Shown here: piece after piece, positions 10,537 through 20,985 of the stretch
Position numbering within the stretch: position 1 is the first letter of the stretch
Layout: every line of letters starts with the position of its first letter
NCBI GenBank assembly: GCA_963763325.1
Contig: CAVXOL010000014.1
Coordinates: forward strand, 57,793-121,792
Length of the DNA: 64,000 nucleotides
Reading direction: 5' to 3'
DNA from: an uncultured Chloroflexia bacterium
GTDB taxonomy: Bacteria > Chloroflexota > Chloroflexia > Thermomicrobiales > CFX8
The notes under the pieces: model-generated
Seen by the model: only the letters and a program-made list of their open reading frames with translations
What the model was told of the DNA's origin: nothing
Databases searched by the model: none
Translations under genes and position numbers: made by a program

Positions 10537-13500
10537 GTGAGCCAGAGCTACGTCACCCACCTGCAACCGCATCCGTCCGCGCCGCTCTATGACCCGGCCT
10601 TCGAGCACGACGCCTGCGGAACCGGGTTCGTCGCCGACCTGCTTGGGACGCCAAGCCACGCCATCGTCCAGCGGGCGCTCGAAGCAGTCGTCAACCTGAC
10701 CCACCGCGGCGCGGTCGACGCCGACGCGAAGACTGGCGACGGCGCCGGCATCATGCTGCAGACACCCGGCAGGCTGCTGGCCCGAGAGGCCGAAATCCTG
10801 ACCGGCCGTCCTGTTGATGAAGCGACGATCGCGGCCGGGATGATCTTCACCTCGCCGAAGCCACGCCGGGCAGCGCTCGCGCGGTCGCTCGTCTGCAAGG
10901 CACTCCAACAGTCAGGCGTCCACACCTTCGGCTGGCGCAACGTCCCGGTCCGCCCGGAGGTCCTGGGGGAGAAGGCGCTGGCGACGATGCCGGGTATCTG
11001 GCAGATCCTCTTCGAGCGACCGGCGGAGGACGATCCCGCCTTCGAGCGCACGCTCTATCTGGCGCGGCGACGCGCCGAACTGGCCGTGGCGCAGGCTGGG
11101 ATCGAAGACTTCCACGTCGCCTCGCTGTCGAGCCGGACGCTGGTCTACAAAGGACTCTTCGTCGCGCGCGACCTGGAAGGGTTCTACGCAGACCTCTCCG
11201 ACCCCGACTGCCAGAGCGCGCTGGCCGTCTTCCACCAGCGCTACAGCACCAACACGTTCCCAACCTGGGCGCTGGCCCAGCCGTTCCGCCGGATCGCCCA
11301 CAACGGCGAGATCAACACCCTCCAGGGAAACCGCAACTGGATGCGCGCCCGCGAGCCGGAACTTGCCGGGGCTGGCTGGCAGACGGACCTGGGAGAGATC
11401 ACGCCAATCATCGACCCGACCGGCAGCGACTCGCTCAGCCTCGACAACGTGCTGGAACTGATCGACCTCTCCGGCCGCGACCTGCTGCACGCGATCGCGA
11501 TGCTGGTCCCCGAGCCATGGGAGAACATGCCAGGACTCTCCGACGAGCAGCGCGCCTTCCACGCCTGGCACGCACCGCTGATGGAGCCGTGGGACGGCCC
11601 GGCGACGATCGCCTTCAGCGATGGCCGGATCGCCGGCGCCGTCCTCGACCGCAACGGACTCCGTCCGGCCCGCTACACCGTCACCCGCGAGGGACTGGTC
11701 GTCCTCGCCAGCGAGACCGGCGTCCTCGACCTGACCGGCTACGAGGTCGATCGAGCGTGGCCGGCTCGGGCCGGGGCAGATGCTGGCGGTCGACACGACA
11801 GACTGGCGAGATCTGGCACGACGACGAGATCAAGGCGACGCTGGCCGGTCGCCAGCCGTGGCAACAGTGGGTCGCGGAGCAGGTTCAGACGCTTGAACCG
11901 ATCGCGCACATGATATCGGACACTGCCCCCATCGAGCTTGACCTCCACGACGCACAGGTCGCGTTCGGCTTCACGGCTGAGGACCAGCGGCTCGTCCTCC
12001 AGCCGATGGCCGTCGAGGGCAAGGAGCCACTCTGGTCGATGGGCGACGACGCGCCGCTGGCCGTCCTGTCGAAGTTCCCGCGACCGTTGGCGAGTTCTTC
12101 CGCCAGCGCTTCGCCCAGGTGACCAACCCGCCGATCGATCCGCTCCGTGAAGCCGTCGTCATGTCGCTCGACTGCTACTCGGCCCGCGCGGCAACCTGCT
12201 CGACGAAGCGCCGCACCCGGCTGGGCTGATCCACCTGCGCAGCCCGATCCTGACCGAATCCGACCTGGCCGCCCTCCGAGCAAGCGGAGCAACCACGCTC
12301 GATGCGACCTTCCAGACCGGCGCCGGGCCAGACAGCCTGTCGCAAGCCCTGGATCGACTCATCGACCGCGCGATCGCGGCCGTCGAGTCCGGCGCAACCC
12401 TGCTGATCGTCAGCGATCGACGGCTTACGGCTGAGCGCGCCCCGGTACCGATGCCACTTGCCGTCGGTGCCCTGCACCACGGGCTGATACGGGCCGGTAT
12501 ACGAATGCGCGCGTCAATCGTCTGTGACACCGGTGACATCTGGGATGTCCACCAGGCCGCCGTCCTGGCCGGCTACGGCGCGAGCGCGTTCTGCCCGTGG
12601 CTGGCACTGCGGACGGCCGGAGGGCTGGCCGGTGGACGCGGGCTGGAGACAACCGCGCCGGACGAGCTCGAAGCGCGCTACAAGCAGTCGCTGGAGGCCG
12701 GTCTCCTGAAGGTGATGTCCAAGATGGGCATCTCGACGCTCTCCAGCTACACCGGCGGGCAGCAGTTCGAGATCATCGGGCTGGATCGCTCGGTCGTCGC
12801 GCGTTGCTTCGCCGGGACACCGTCCCGGCTCGGCGGGTTGACGCTGGCCGACATCCAGCAGCGCGTGCTGGCTCGCCACGCCGAACGGGCGACGACCGGC
12901 GGCAAGCTGGCCGACTTCGGCCTCGTCCGCTACCGCCGCGACGGCGAGCACCACGCCTACAGCCCGACCGTCGCGAAGGCGCTCCAGCAGGCGACGAACA
13001 GCGGCGACGCAGCCGACTACACCGCGTTCGTCGATCTGGCCAGCAACCATGAGCCGGCAACCGTCCGCGATCTGCTGACGTTCCGCCCGTCGAAACCGAT
13101 TCCGGTCGATGAGGTCGAGCCGGTCGAGGAGATTCGCCGCCGCTTCGTGATCACGGCCATGTCGCTCGGCGCGCTCAGCCCGGAGGCCTACCGGACGCTG
13201 GCGATCGCGATGAACCGGATCGGTGGACGCAGCAACAGCGGTGAGGGCGGCGAGGACCCCGACTGGTACTACGAGCCAGGCCCGGACATCGCCCACAGCC
13301 GCGTCAAGCAGATCGCCTCGGCCCGCTTCGGCGTGACAGCCGAATACCTCGGTCGCGCGACCGAGATCGAGATCAAGATGGCGCAGGGCTCCAAGCCCGG
13401 CGAGGGTGGCCAACTCCCGGCGCACAAGGTCACGCCGCTGATCGCCCGGCTGCGCCACGCCGTGCCGGGCGTCTCGCTCATCTCACCACCGCCGCATCAC

Positions 13501-15079
13501 GACATCTACAGCATCGAGGACCTGGCGCAGCTGATCTACGACCTCAAGCAGGTCAACCCGGCTGCCCGGATCGGCGTCAAGCTGGTTGCCGAAGCTGGCG
13601 TCGGAACGGTTGCCGCTGGTGTCGCCAAGGCCCACGCCGACTACATCCTGATCAGCGGTCACTCTGGTGGGACCGGCGCCTCGCCGCTCTCGTCGATCAA
13701 GCACGTTGGCGTCCCGTGGGAGATCGGCCTCGCCGAGGCGCAGCAGACGCTGGTCATCAACGGCCTGCGTGGCCGGGTCCGCCTGCGGACCGATGGCGGC
13801 TTACAGACCGGTCGCGATATCGTCATCGCGGCGATGATCGGCGCCGAGGAGTTCGGCTTCGGGACGGCGGCGCTCGTCTCGATCGGCTGCGACATGGCGC
13901 GTCAGTGCCACCTCAATACCTGCCCGACCGGCATCGCAACCCAGCGCGAAGACCTGCGCGCCAAGTTCACCGGCACGCCCGAGCAGGTCATCGCATACAT
14001 CACCAGCCTGGCCGCCGAGGTTCGCCAGATCCTCGCCGACCTCGGCGTCCGGCGACTGGACGACATCGTTGGGCGCGTCGATCTACTCGACCAGGTCAGC
14101 GGCCTGAGCGGCCCCGCCGGAAAGCTCGACCTGAGCAGCGCTGCTCAGCGTGCCGGGTGAGCAGGGTTCTGTCCTGCGCTCGACCACCGAGCGGAACAGC
14201 GCGACGACGCTCGGCGGCGACGCGCTGGACGACCAGTTGCTCGGCGACGTTCTGCCCGCGATCAGCGAGCGCCGGCCGATCTCGGTCAACGCGACCGTCC
14301 GCAACCACCACCGTTCGATCGGCGCCCGGATCGCCGGCGAGATCGCCGCCCGACACTCACGCGATCCGCTGCCGTCCGGCACGATTCAACTCTGCCTGAA
14401 CGGGATCGCCGGCCAGAGCTTCGGCGCCTGGTGCACGAGCGGGATGCGGCTCGTCCTCGATGGCCAGGCCAACGACTACGTCGGCAAGGGCATGTCGGGC
14501 GGCGAGATCATCGTCCGCCAGGCCGAACGGCTCGACACCGCCCGCCCGGACGTCGTCATCGGCAACACCGTCCTCTACGGCGCGACCGGCGGGGAGCTCT
14601 ATGCGGCAGGCCAGGCCGGCGAGCGCTTTGCCGTCCGCAACTCCGGCGCGACGGCCGTCGTTGAGGGCGTCGGCGACCACGGCTGCGAGTACATGACCGG
14701 CGGGACGGTCGTCGTCCTCGGGCCGACCGGCCGCAACTTCGCCGCCGGGATGACGAGCGGGACCGCCTACGTGCTCGATCTGGCCGATGGTTTCGAACGC
14801 CGCTGCCACCTCGAACTGGTCGCGCTCGAGCGCGTGACCGACCAGTCGGACGCCGACACGTTGCGCCACCTCATCGAACGACACGCCCTCCTGACCGGCA
14901 GCGCGCGGGCATGGGATGTGCTGGCACAATGGGACATGCTCCTGCCTCGGTTCTGGAAGGTTGTCCCACGCACACAGCCTGACCTCTCGATCAGCGATAC
15001 ACCCGCGCGCAGTCGCGGACGCCGGCCAGCACCGGTTGACATGCGTGCCAGCCTGGCCGCCGAGACAGCCGCCGAATAG
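10537..15079 (+). CDS. gltB: Glutamate synthase large subunit (about 5 frameshifts)
   Basis: 'EHDACGTGF' amidotransferase start, 'FHQRYSTNT', 'AHNGEINT', 'TAMSLGALS', 'SNSGEGGE', '[16 protein letters not shown]', 3Fe-4S motif '[16 protein letters not shown]', GXGXG domain '[19 protein letters not shown]'; RBS GGGGAGG, GTG start. Confidence 0.97.
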
Positions 15080-15096
15080 AACAGGAGACGACCAAC

Positions 15097-15315
15097 GTGG
15101 CAACCAACGACGCAACGACAGGTTCAGATGATGCCGCGATCAGCCTGCGATCGGGTATGATGGTACGCGTCGTGAACCCGAACTCAGCCCACTATGGCAC
15201 GACCGGCCATCTCCTCGGCCGCAACGAGCAGCGCGAACCGTACTGGCTCGTCCGCTTCACGACGACCGCCGCGCCAATCCACCTGCTCGAAGAGGAGCTC
15301 ATCGTCGTGCGCTGA
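15097..15315 (+). CDS. Small hypothetical protein, SH3/KOW-like beta barrel
   Basis: 72 aa, RBS AGGAGA, 17 bp after the gltB stop; 'LRSGMMVRVVNPNSAHYGTTGHL..WLVRF..LLEEEL'. Confidence 0.7.
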   Translation: MATNDATTGSDDAAISLRSGMMVRVVNPNSAHYGTTGHLLGRNEQREPYWLVRFTTTAAPIHLLEEELIVVR

Positions 15316-15327
15316 CCCGCGCATCAC

Positions 15328-15374
15328 GTACGACAGGTTACGGAGGTGGCACTGTCCTCCGTAACCTGTCGTAC
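15328..15374 (+). terminator. Perfect 19-bp inverted repeat ending the gltB operon
   Basis: GTACGACAGGTTACGGAGG-N9-CCTCCGTAACCTGTCGTAC; no U-tract. Confidence 0.7.
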
Positions 15375-15517
15375 AACACCATCAGGATCGTCCACCTACA
15401 ACACCAGCACATCGTCACGATCCGCAGTTGATAATCCCGCCATCTGGTATAGTTCCTGTCATTGGAATTATCCTGACGAGTGGATATGTCAACTGTGGAG
15501 CGAACGCGATTGTGAAC

Positions 15518-15997
15518 ATGACCGACGAATCTCAGATTCCCAATGCACACCGCCAGCAACGGCGGCAGGAGTTGGCCGAACTCACGCAGACGCTGACGCT
15601 GCGGATGCGCGCGCTCTGGAACCCGACCGAGTGGTCCGATGTCGAGTTGACGATGCCGCAGTTCCGCGCACTCGACCTTCTCGTCAGCGAACCGCACCGG
15701 ATGAGCGAGATCGCCGCCTCGCTCGGCACCAGCTTGCAGGCGACGACCAGTCTGGTCGACCGTCTGGTTGACAAAGGCCTCGTTGAGCGCGCCCACGACA
15801 CCGCCGACCGGCGCGTCGTCATCTGCCGTCTGACGCCATCCGGCATGACCGAGATGGACCGCTTCTATCGGATGGGGCAGGCACGCCTTGATGTGCTGGT
15901 TGACCTGCTAACCGACGACGAGTTGGAAACCGTCATCAGCGCGTTCGGCATCCTCTCCGAGGCCGCGCTACGGCGGCAACAATCCAGTACTGAATGA
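15518..15997 (+). CDS. MarR family transcriptional regulator
   Basis: 'LTMPQFRAL..MSEIAASLGTSLQATTSLVDRLVDKGLVER..DRRVVICRLT'. Confidence 0.92.
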   Translation: MTDESQIPNAHRQQRRQELAELTQTLTLRMRALWNPTEWSDVELTMPQFRALDLLVSEPHRMSEIAASLGTSLQATTSLVDRLVDKGLVERAHDTADRRVVICRLTPSGMTEMDRFYRMGQARLDVLVDLLTDDELETVISAFGILSEAALRRQQSSTE

Positions 15998-16197
15998 ACA
16001 GACCTGGGACAGGTCGTCAATGGTGGCCTCGTCAGATCGACGCTGTTGACGCTGCTGTCGTCCCGGTCGTTTACAGTCTGGCAGACGGCATGCGCAACCG
16101 CATCGCACGCCGCTTCGGTCGCAGCCAGGCTGCGGCGGCACCGGCGACAACCTGGCCCGCGCTTCATACGATCAATGAACCAGGAGATGGACGATGA
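15994..16197 (+). CDS. Small hypothetical protein, translationally coupled on both sides
   Basis: ATGA overlaps with both the marR stop and the usp start; 67 aa. Confidence 0.55.
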   Translation: MNRPGTGRQWWPRQIDAVDAAVVPVVYSLADGMRNRIARRFGRSQAAAAPATTWPALHTINEPGDGR

Positions 16198-16940
16198 CCG
16201 GATCACTCAGCCACTTTCGACGCCTGATCGCCGTCGTCGGCGACTCTCGAACAGATGAAGACATCCTGCCCTGGGCGCGGACGCTGGCAACTGACCTGCA
16301 CCTTCCACTGACGCTGCTTTACGTCAGCGCCCCGGGCGAGGCATGGGTTGCTACCTCGGCCCTGGAGATGTTCAAAACCGACTACCGCTTGTCACGGCTG
16401 GCGGTCGAGACCCGGCACGAGGCCGGGCGGATCGAGAATGTCCTGCCGGCCATCGCAGCCGAAGTCCCCGGCACGCTCGTCCTGCTCCCCATGCCTGTCA
16501 ACGCCAGCCAGACATTGCGGATCGCGGAATGGTCGAGCATTGACCTGCTGGTCGCGATGAAGACGCCGTTCGCCATCATCCCTTCCGGCGCCGTTGCGCC
16601 GGCACACATCCACAGCGTCGTCGTCGGCAACGACAACTCCGAACTGGCCGAGCGGGTCCTCAACGTCGCCCGCTCGCTCGGTGTCGATGTGATCGACGTC
16701 CAGGCGTACGAGCCAGAGGACGACACCTTCGGGACCGACCCAGTTGTCACACCGCGCTCGATCCGCGCGAACGGCCTGGCCGGCCGGACCCTGCTGCGCT
16801 CGGCCCGCACTCGCGACGCGGCTCTGATCGTCGTCGGTTCGCACGGGCTGGGACAAGCCAGGACACCACTGGCCGGCCGGACAACCGAATGGCTGCTGTC
16901 CAACAGCGACCGGCCGGTCGTCGTCGTGCCACGAGACTAG
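16194..16940 (+). CDS. Universal stress protein (tandem Usp domains)
   Basis: 'FRRLIAVVGDS', 'VVVGNDNSELA', 'ALIVVGSHGLG..LAGRTTEWLLSNSDRPVVVVP'. Confidence 0.85.
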   Translation: MTGSLSHFRRLIAVVGDSRTDEDILPWARTLATDLHLPLTLLYVSAPGEAWVATSALEMFKTDYRLSRLAVETRHEAGRIENVLPAIAAEVPGTLVLLPMPVNASQTLRIAEWSSIDLLVAMKTPFAIIPSGAVAPAHIHSVVVGNDNSELAERVLNVARSLGVDVIDVQAYEPEDDTFGTDPVVTPRSIRANGLAGRTLLRSARTRDAALIVVGSHGLGQARTPLAGRTTEWLLSNSDRPVVVVPRD

Positions 16941-16948
16941 GAAGGTCA

Positions 16949-17019
16949 GGATTCGGGATTCGGGGCTATCAGATGGAGATGTTCCTTCCGACATCCCCGA
17001 TTCCCGAGTCCCGATTCCC
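16949..17019. repeat. Heptamer-repeat hairpin, (GGGA[A/T]TC)n ... (GATTCCC)n
   Basis: GGATTCGGGATTCGGGG ... CCCCGATTCCCGAGTCCCGATTCCC; same family as 60368-60453. Confidence 0.75.
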
Positions 17020-17040
17020 AGGAACCAGAAGGAACAACGG

Positions 17041-18631
17041 TTGGACTCGACAGTACCCGAAGAACACGTACAACTGACACACCGCCAGATCATGGTCGTC
17101 CTCGGCGGTCTGATGGCTGGCATGCTGCTGGCGGCCCTCGATCAGTCGATCGTCGGCGTCGCGCTTCCACAAATCGTCAGCGACCTCGGCGGTCTGAACC
17201 AGCTCGCCTGGGTCGTGACCGCCTACCTGCTGACCTCGACAGCGACGACGCCGCTCTGGGGCAAGATTTCCGACCTCTACGGCCGTCGGATCATCTTCCA
17301 GGCGACGATCGTCATCTTCCTGATCGGCTCGGCGCTCTGTGGCCTGGCCCAGGACATGCCACAGCTGATCGCCTTCCGCGCCTTCCAGGGCATCGGTGGC
17401 GGTGGCCTGATGGCGATCGCCTTCGCGATCATCGGCGATATCATCCCTGCCCGCGAGCGTGGCCGCTACCAGGGCTACTTCGGGGCTGTCTTCGGCCTCT
17501 CAAGCGTGGCCGGGCCGCTGCTCGGCGGCTGGATCACCGACACGATCAGTTGGCGCTGGATCTTCTACATCAATATCCCGATCGGGGCGGTCGCCCTCGT
17601 CGTCACCTCGATCGCGCTGCGGATGCCGGTCGTCAAGCGCAACCACAAGATCGACTACCTCGGCGCGGCGATGATCGTTGCCGCTGTCACCTCACTGCTG
17701 CTCTATCTCAACTGGGCCGGCGAGCACTACGGCTGGACCCATCTCAACGCGCTCGCGCTCCTCGTGATGGCAATCATCTTCACGATCGCGTTCGTCTTCG
17801 TCGAGCTGCGAGCCGAAGAGCCGATCATCCCGATGCGCCTCTTCCGCAACTCGATCTTCACCGTCGGCAACGTCTATGGCTTCCTGCTTGGCTCCGCCAT
17901 CTTCGGCGGCGCGATCTACCTGCCGCTCTACCTGCAGACCGTTCAGGGGATGTCGCCGACTGAGTCGGGGCTTGGCATGCTGCCGATGGTGGTTGGCATC
18001 TTCAGCATGTCGATCACAGCCGGCCTGCTCATCACAAAGACCGGCAAGTACAAGATCTTTCCGATCGTTGGCGCCGTCATCCTGAGTGTCGCGCTCTTCC
18101 TGCTCAGCACGATCTCGATCGACACACCGTACTGGGTTGTCGCCGTCTACGCCTACCTGTTCGGGACCGGCCTCGGCCTCGGGATGACGACGATTGTCAC
18201 GCCAGTTCAGAACGCCGTCGACATGCGCGACATGGGCGTGGCGACCAGCGCGACGACCTTCGGCCGCTCGCTCGGTGGCGCGATCGGGGCCGCACTGTTC
18301 GGCGCCATCCTCACCTCGCGACTCGGCGGTCTATCTGGCAGACACGCTCACGGTCGGCGCTGGCTCAGCCATGACCGGCGGCGAGATCAACACCAACGAT
18401 ATCCAGGCGATCCACGCGCTGCCGGAGCCACAAAAGACGGAGGTGCTGACCGCCTACACACACGCCATCACCGACATCTTTCTGCTGGCCATCCCGATCA
18501 TCATCGTCGCACTGATCGTCGTCTTGTTCCTGAAGGAGATCCCGCTGCGCTCCGGCAAGATCGCCGAATCCGAGGCAACCACCAGCGAGAGCGAAATCGA
18601 CACCAACGTGCCGGCGTTTACGGGGCATTAG
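17041..18631 (+). CDS. MDR/DHA2 (EmrB/QacA-type) MFS efflux transporter (frameshift near 18330)
   Basis: 'LLAALDQSIVGVALP', 'WVVTAYLL..PLWGKISDLYGRR', 'GPLLGGWIT..WRWIFYINIPIG', about 14 TM segments. Confidence 0.95.
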
Positions 18632-18662
18632 CTCACCGTTGAAGCGAGCTTCCGTCAACGAG

Positions 18663-18693
18663 AACAGGGTCGGGCATATCGCCCGACCCTGTT
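18663..18693. terminator. Hairpin between the convergent MFS gene and msrAB
   Basis: AACAGGGTCGGGC-ATATC-GCCCGACCCTGTT, 13-bp perfect stem. Confidence 0.75.
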
Positions 18694-18710
18694 TCCCGAT
18701 TCCCGAAGAT

Positions 18711-19788
18711 CTACTTCTCTTCGAGCATCAACGAGACGCTGTTCATGCAATAGCGCTGGCCGCCGCGATCGCGCGGGCCGTCGTTGAAGACGTGGCCGAG
18801 GTGCGAGTGGCAGCGGGCGCAGCGGACCTCGGTCCGGACCATCCCGTGCGAGCGGTCTTCGATCAGTTCGACGGCCGCTGGCGAGACCGTCTCGGTGAAG
18901 CTCGGCCAGCCGCAGCCGGAGTGGTACTTCGTGTCGCTCTCGAAGAGGACATTCCCGCAAGCCCGGCAGCGGTAGATGCCGTCGTCTTCGGTATCGACGT
19001 ACTCTCCAGTGAAGGGGCGCTCGGTGCCGGCCTGCCGCAGGACCGCGTACTCCTCGCGGGTGAGGATCTGCTTCCACTCGTCCTCGCTGCTCGGGAGCGG
19101 CTTCAGGCCGGTCTCGGTCTCAGTACCGGACCCACCGCTGACGGCAGCCGGGATCGGGCAAGTCACGCCGGTACCGGCCAGCCCGCAGTAGCCGTTCGGC
19201 ACCTTGTCGAGGTACTGCTGGTGATACTCCTCGGCGTAGTAGAAGGGACCAGCCGGGGCGATCTCAGTCGTGATCTCGCCGTGTCGTGCCGCCTTCAGCT
19301 CAGCGTTGTACATCTGGCTTCGTTGCATCGGCGATATGCGTCTGCGCCTCGCTGGTCGTGTAGATCGCCGAGCGATACTGGCTGCCGATGTCGTTCCCCT
19401 GGCGCATCCCCTGGGTCGGGTCATGCGCCTCGAAGAAGACCCGCAACAAATCCTCGTAGGAGATCTTCGCCGGGTCGAAGACGACGACGACCGCCTCGGT
19501 GTGTCCGGTCTTGCCGGTGCAGACCTCATGGTAAGTCGGGTTCGGCGTGAAGCCCCCCTGATAGCCGGCGGCCGTCGTGTAGACGCCGTCGAGCTGCCAG
19601 AAGAGCCGCTCCGCGCCCCAGAAACAGCCGAGGCCGAAGTAGGCGACCTCCATCCCCTCCGGGAACGGTGGCTGGATCGGCGTCCCCAGCACCGTATGCC
19701 GCTCAGGGACCTCGTAGGCCGGCGCGCCACGACCCGGCATCGCCTCATCAGCAGTAATCATCCGTGACTTGGATCGGTTGAAAAACAT
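18711..19788 (-). CDS. msrAB: Fused peptide-methionine sulfoxide reductase MsrA-MsrB (frameshift near 19325)
   Basis: MsrA 'GLGCFWGAE', '[15 protein letters not shown]'-like, '[10 protein letters not shown]'; MsrB '[10 protein letters not shown]', 'CRAC', 'GCGWPSF', '[27 protein letters not shown]'. Confidence 0.95.
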
Positions 19789-19986
19789 CAGCATCCCTCC
19801 GGTAGGTATCAGGTGACGGGCATCAGGTGTCAGGAGTTTGCCACGAGTGCGGCTGGCTCTCACCAACCGTCACCGATTGGGTCACGCGGATGGCCAGCGC
19901 ACGATACGTGGGGCGGCAATTTCCGCGCCACGCACGGATCTCTCACCACACAGCCGAGCCATCGACATAATAGTACAGCGCATTGC

Positions 19987-20448
19987 TTACGAGGATATTT
20001 CCGACCCGGCGGAAATCGCATCGGTGAGGTCCGCCAGCAGGTGCTTGAGTTCGCGGAAGCGGTCATCTCCGAGATAGCCGGACCAGATCGCTTCCAGATC
20101 GCCGATGATGCCGCCGGCCAGCTGGTAGAGTTCCCAGCCCCGCGAGGTCAGCCGCACGAGCTTCGCCCGGCCATCGTTCGGGTCAGCCACCCGTTCAACG
20201 TAGCCGCGCTCTTCCAGAGAATCAACCAGCTCGCCCATCGCCTGGACCGTAATGTTGGCGTGCCGCGCGAGATAGGTGATGCGCGAGCCACGATTGTGGT
20301 CGATGTATTCGAGAATCGGCAGGTGGGGCTGGCGGATCTCTGGGTAGCCTGCCTCGGAGAACCGCTGCTCGACATACCGGATTCGGGCCGCGTTCGGATT
20401 CCGCAACAACTCACCGATCATCCGCTGGTCCGTTTCCCGCTCCGGCAT
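19987..20448 (-). CDS. MarR family transcriptional regulator
   Basis: 'GSRITYLARHANITVQAMGELVDSLEERGYVERVADPNDGRAKLVRLT'. Confidence 0.92.
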   Translation of the reverse strand: MPERETDQRMIGELLRNPNAARIRYVEQRFSEAGYPEIRQPHLPILEYIDHNRGSRITYLARHANITVQAMGELVDSLEERGYVERVADPNDGRAKLVRLTSRGWELYQLAGGIIGDLEAIWSGYLGDDRFRELKHLLADLTDAISAGSEISS

Positions 20449-20456
20449 ACACCCTC

Positions 20457-20505
20457 TTGACAATCTACTCAGGCAGCCTTAGTATTTACTCAAGTTACCT
20501 GAGTA
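20457..20505 (+). promoter_or_regulatory. Sigma70 promoter overlapped by two tandem palindromic operators
   Basis: TTGACA(20457)-N17-TAGTAT(20480); TACTCAGG-cag-CCTTAGTA (20466-20484) and TACTCAAG-tta-CCTGAGTA (20487-20505). Confidence 0.8.
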
Positions 20506-20535
20506 TATCATCGCGATGCCGACGGAGGTCATGCA

Positions 20536-20961
20536 ATGTCGATCGAGAGAAACCGGCACACCGTTCGACGGCTGTTTGAAGACGACCTGAGCGAGCCGGA
20601 TGGCTGCACACGCGAGCGCGTCACGCGGGAGATCTTTGCCGAGGACTTCTTCGATCCAACCAATCCGCCTGGGATGCAGCACGGTCATGCTGGCCACCTG
20701 GCAGTCGTCAACCTCTTCATAAGCGCCTTCCCCGACATGCGCTGGACGATTGACGACTTGCTCTCCGACGGAGACAAGGTCGTCGCGCAGACGACGATGA
20801 CCGGCACCCACCGCGGCGACTTCTTCGGCATCCCGGCCACCGGCCGCGAGGTGTCGGTCGCCGGCATCCACGTGCTCACCCTCCGGGATGGCCGGATCGT
20901 CCTCCACCAGGGCGTCAACGACGACCTCGGTCTGATGCGCCAGATCGGCGCCGTCCCGTAG
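20536..20961 (+). CDS. SnoaL-like ester cyclase family protein
   Basis: 'AFPDMRWTIDDLLSDGDKVV..TGTHRGDFFGIPATGREV..DDLGLMRQIG'; RBS GGAGG. Confidence 0.92.
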   Translation: MSIERNRHTVRRLFEDDLSEPDGCTRERVTREIFAEDFFDPTNPPGMQHGHAGHLAVVNLFISAFPDMRWTIDDLLSDGDKVVAQTTMTGTHRGDFFGIPATGREVSVAGIHVLTLRDGRIVLHQGVNDDLGLMRQIGAVP

Positions 20962-20985
20962 CAGGCACCGAAATGCCAGACGTCG

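Noticed and set aside
12514-13458. Many long antisense ORFs opposite real genes (for example opposite gltB and fdh)
   Set aside because: Expected shadow ORFs in high-GC3 DNA; no motifs or RBS
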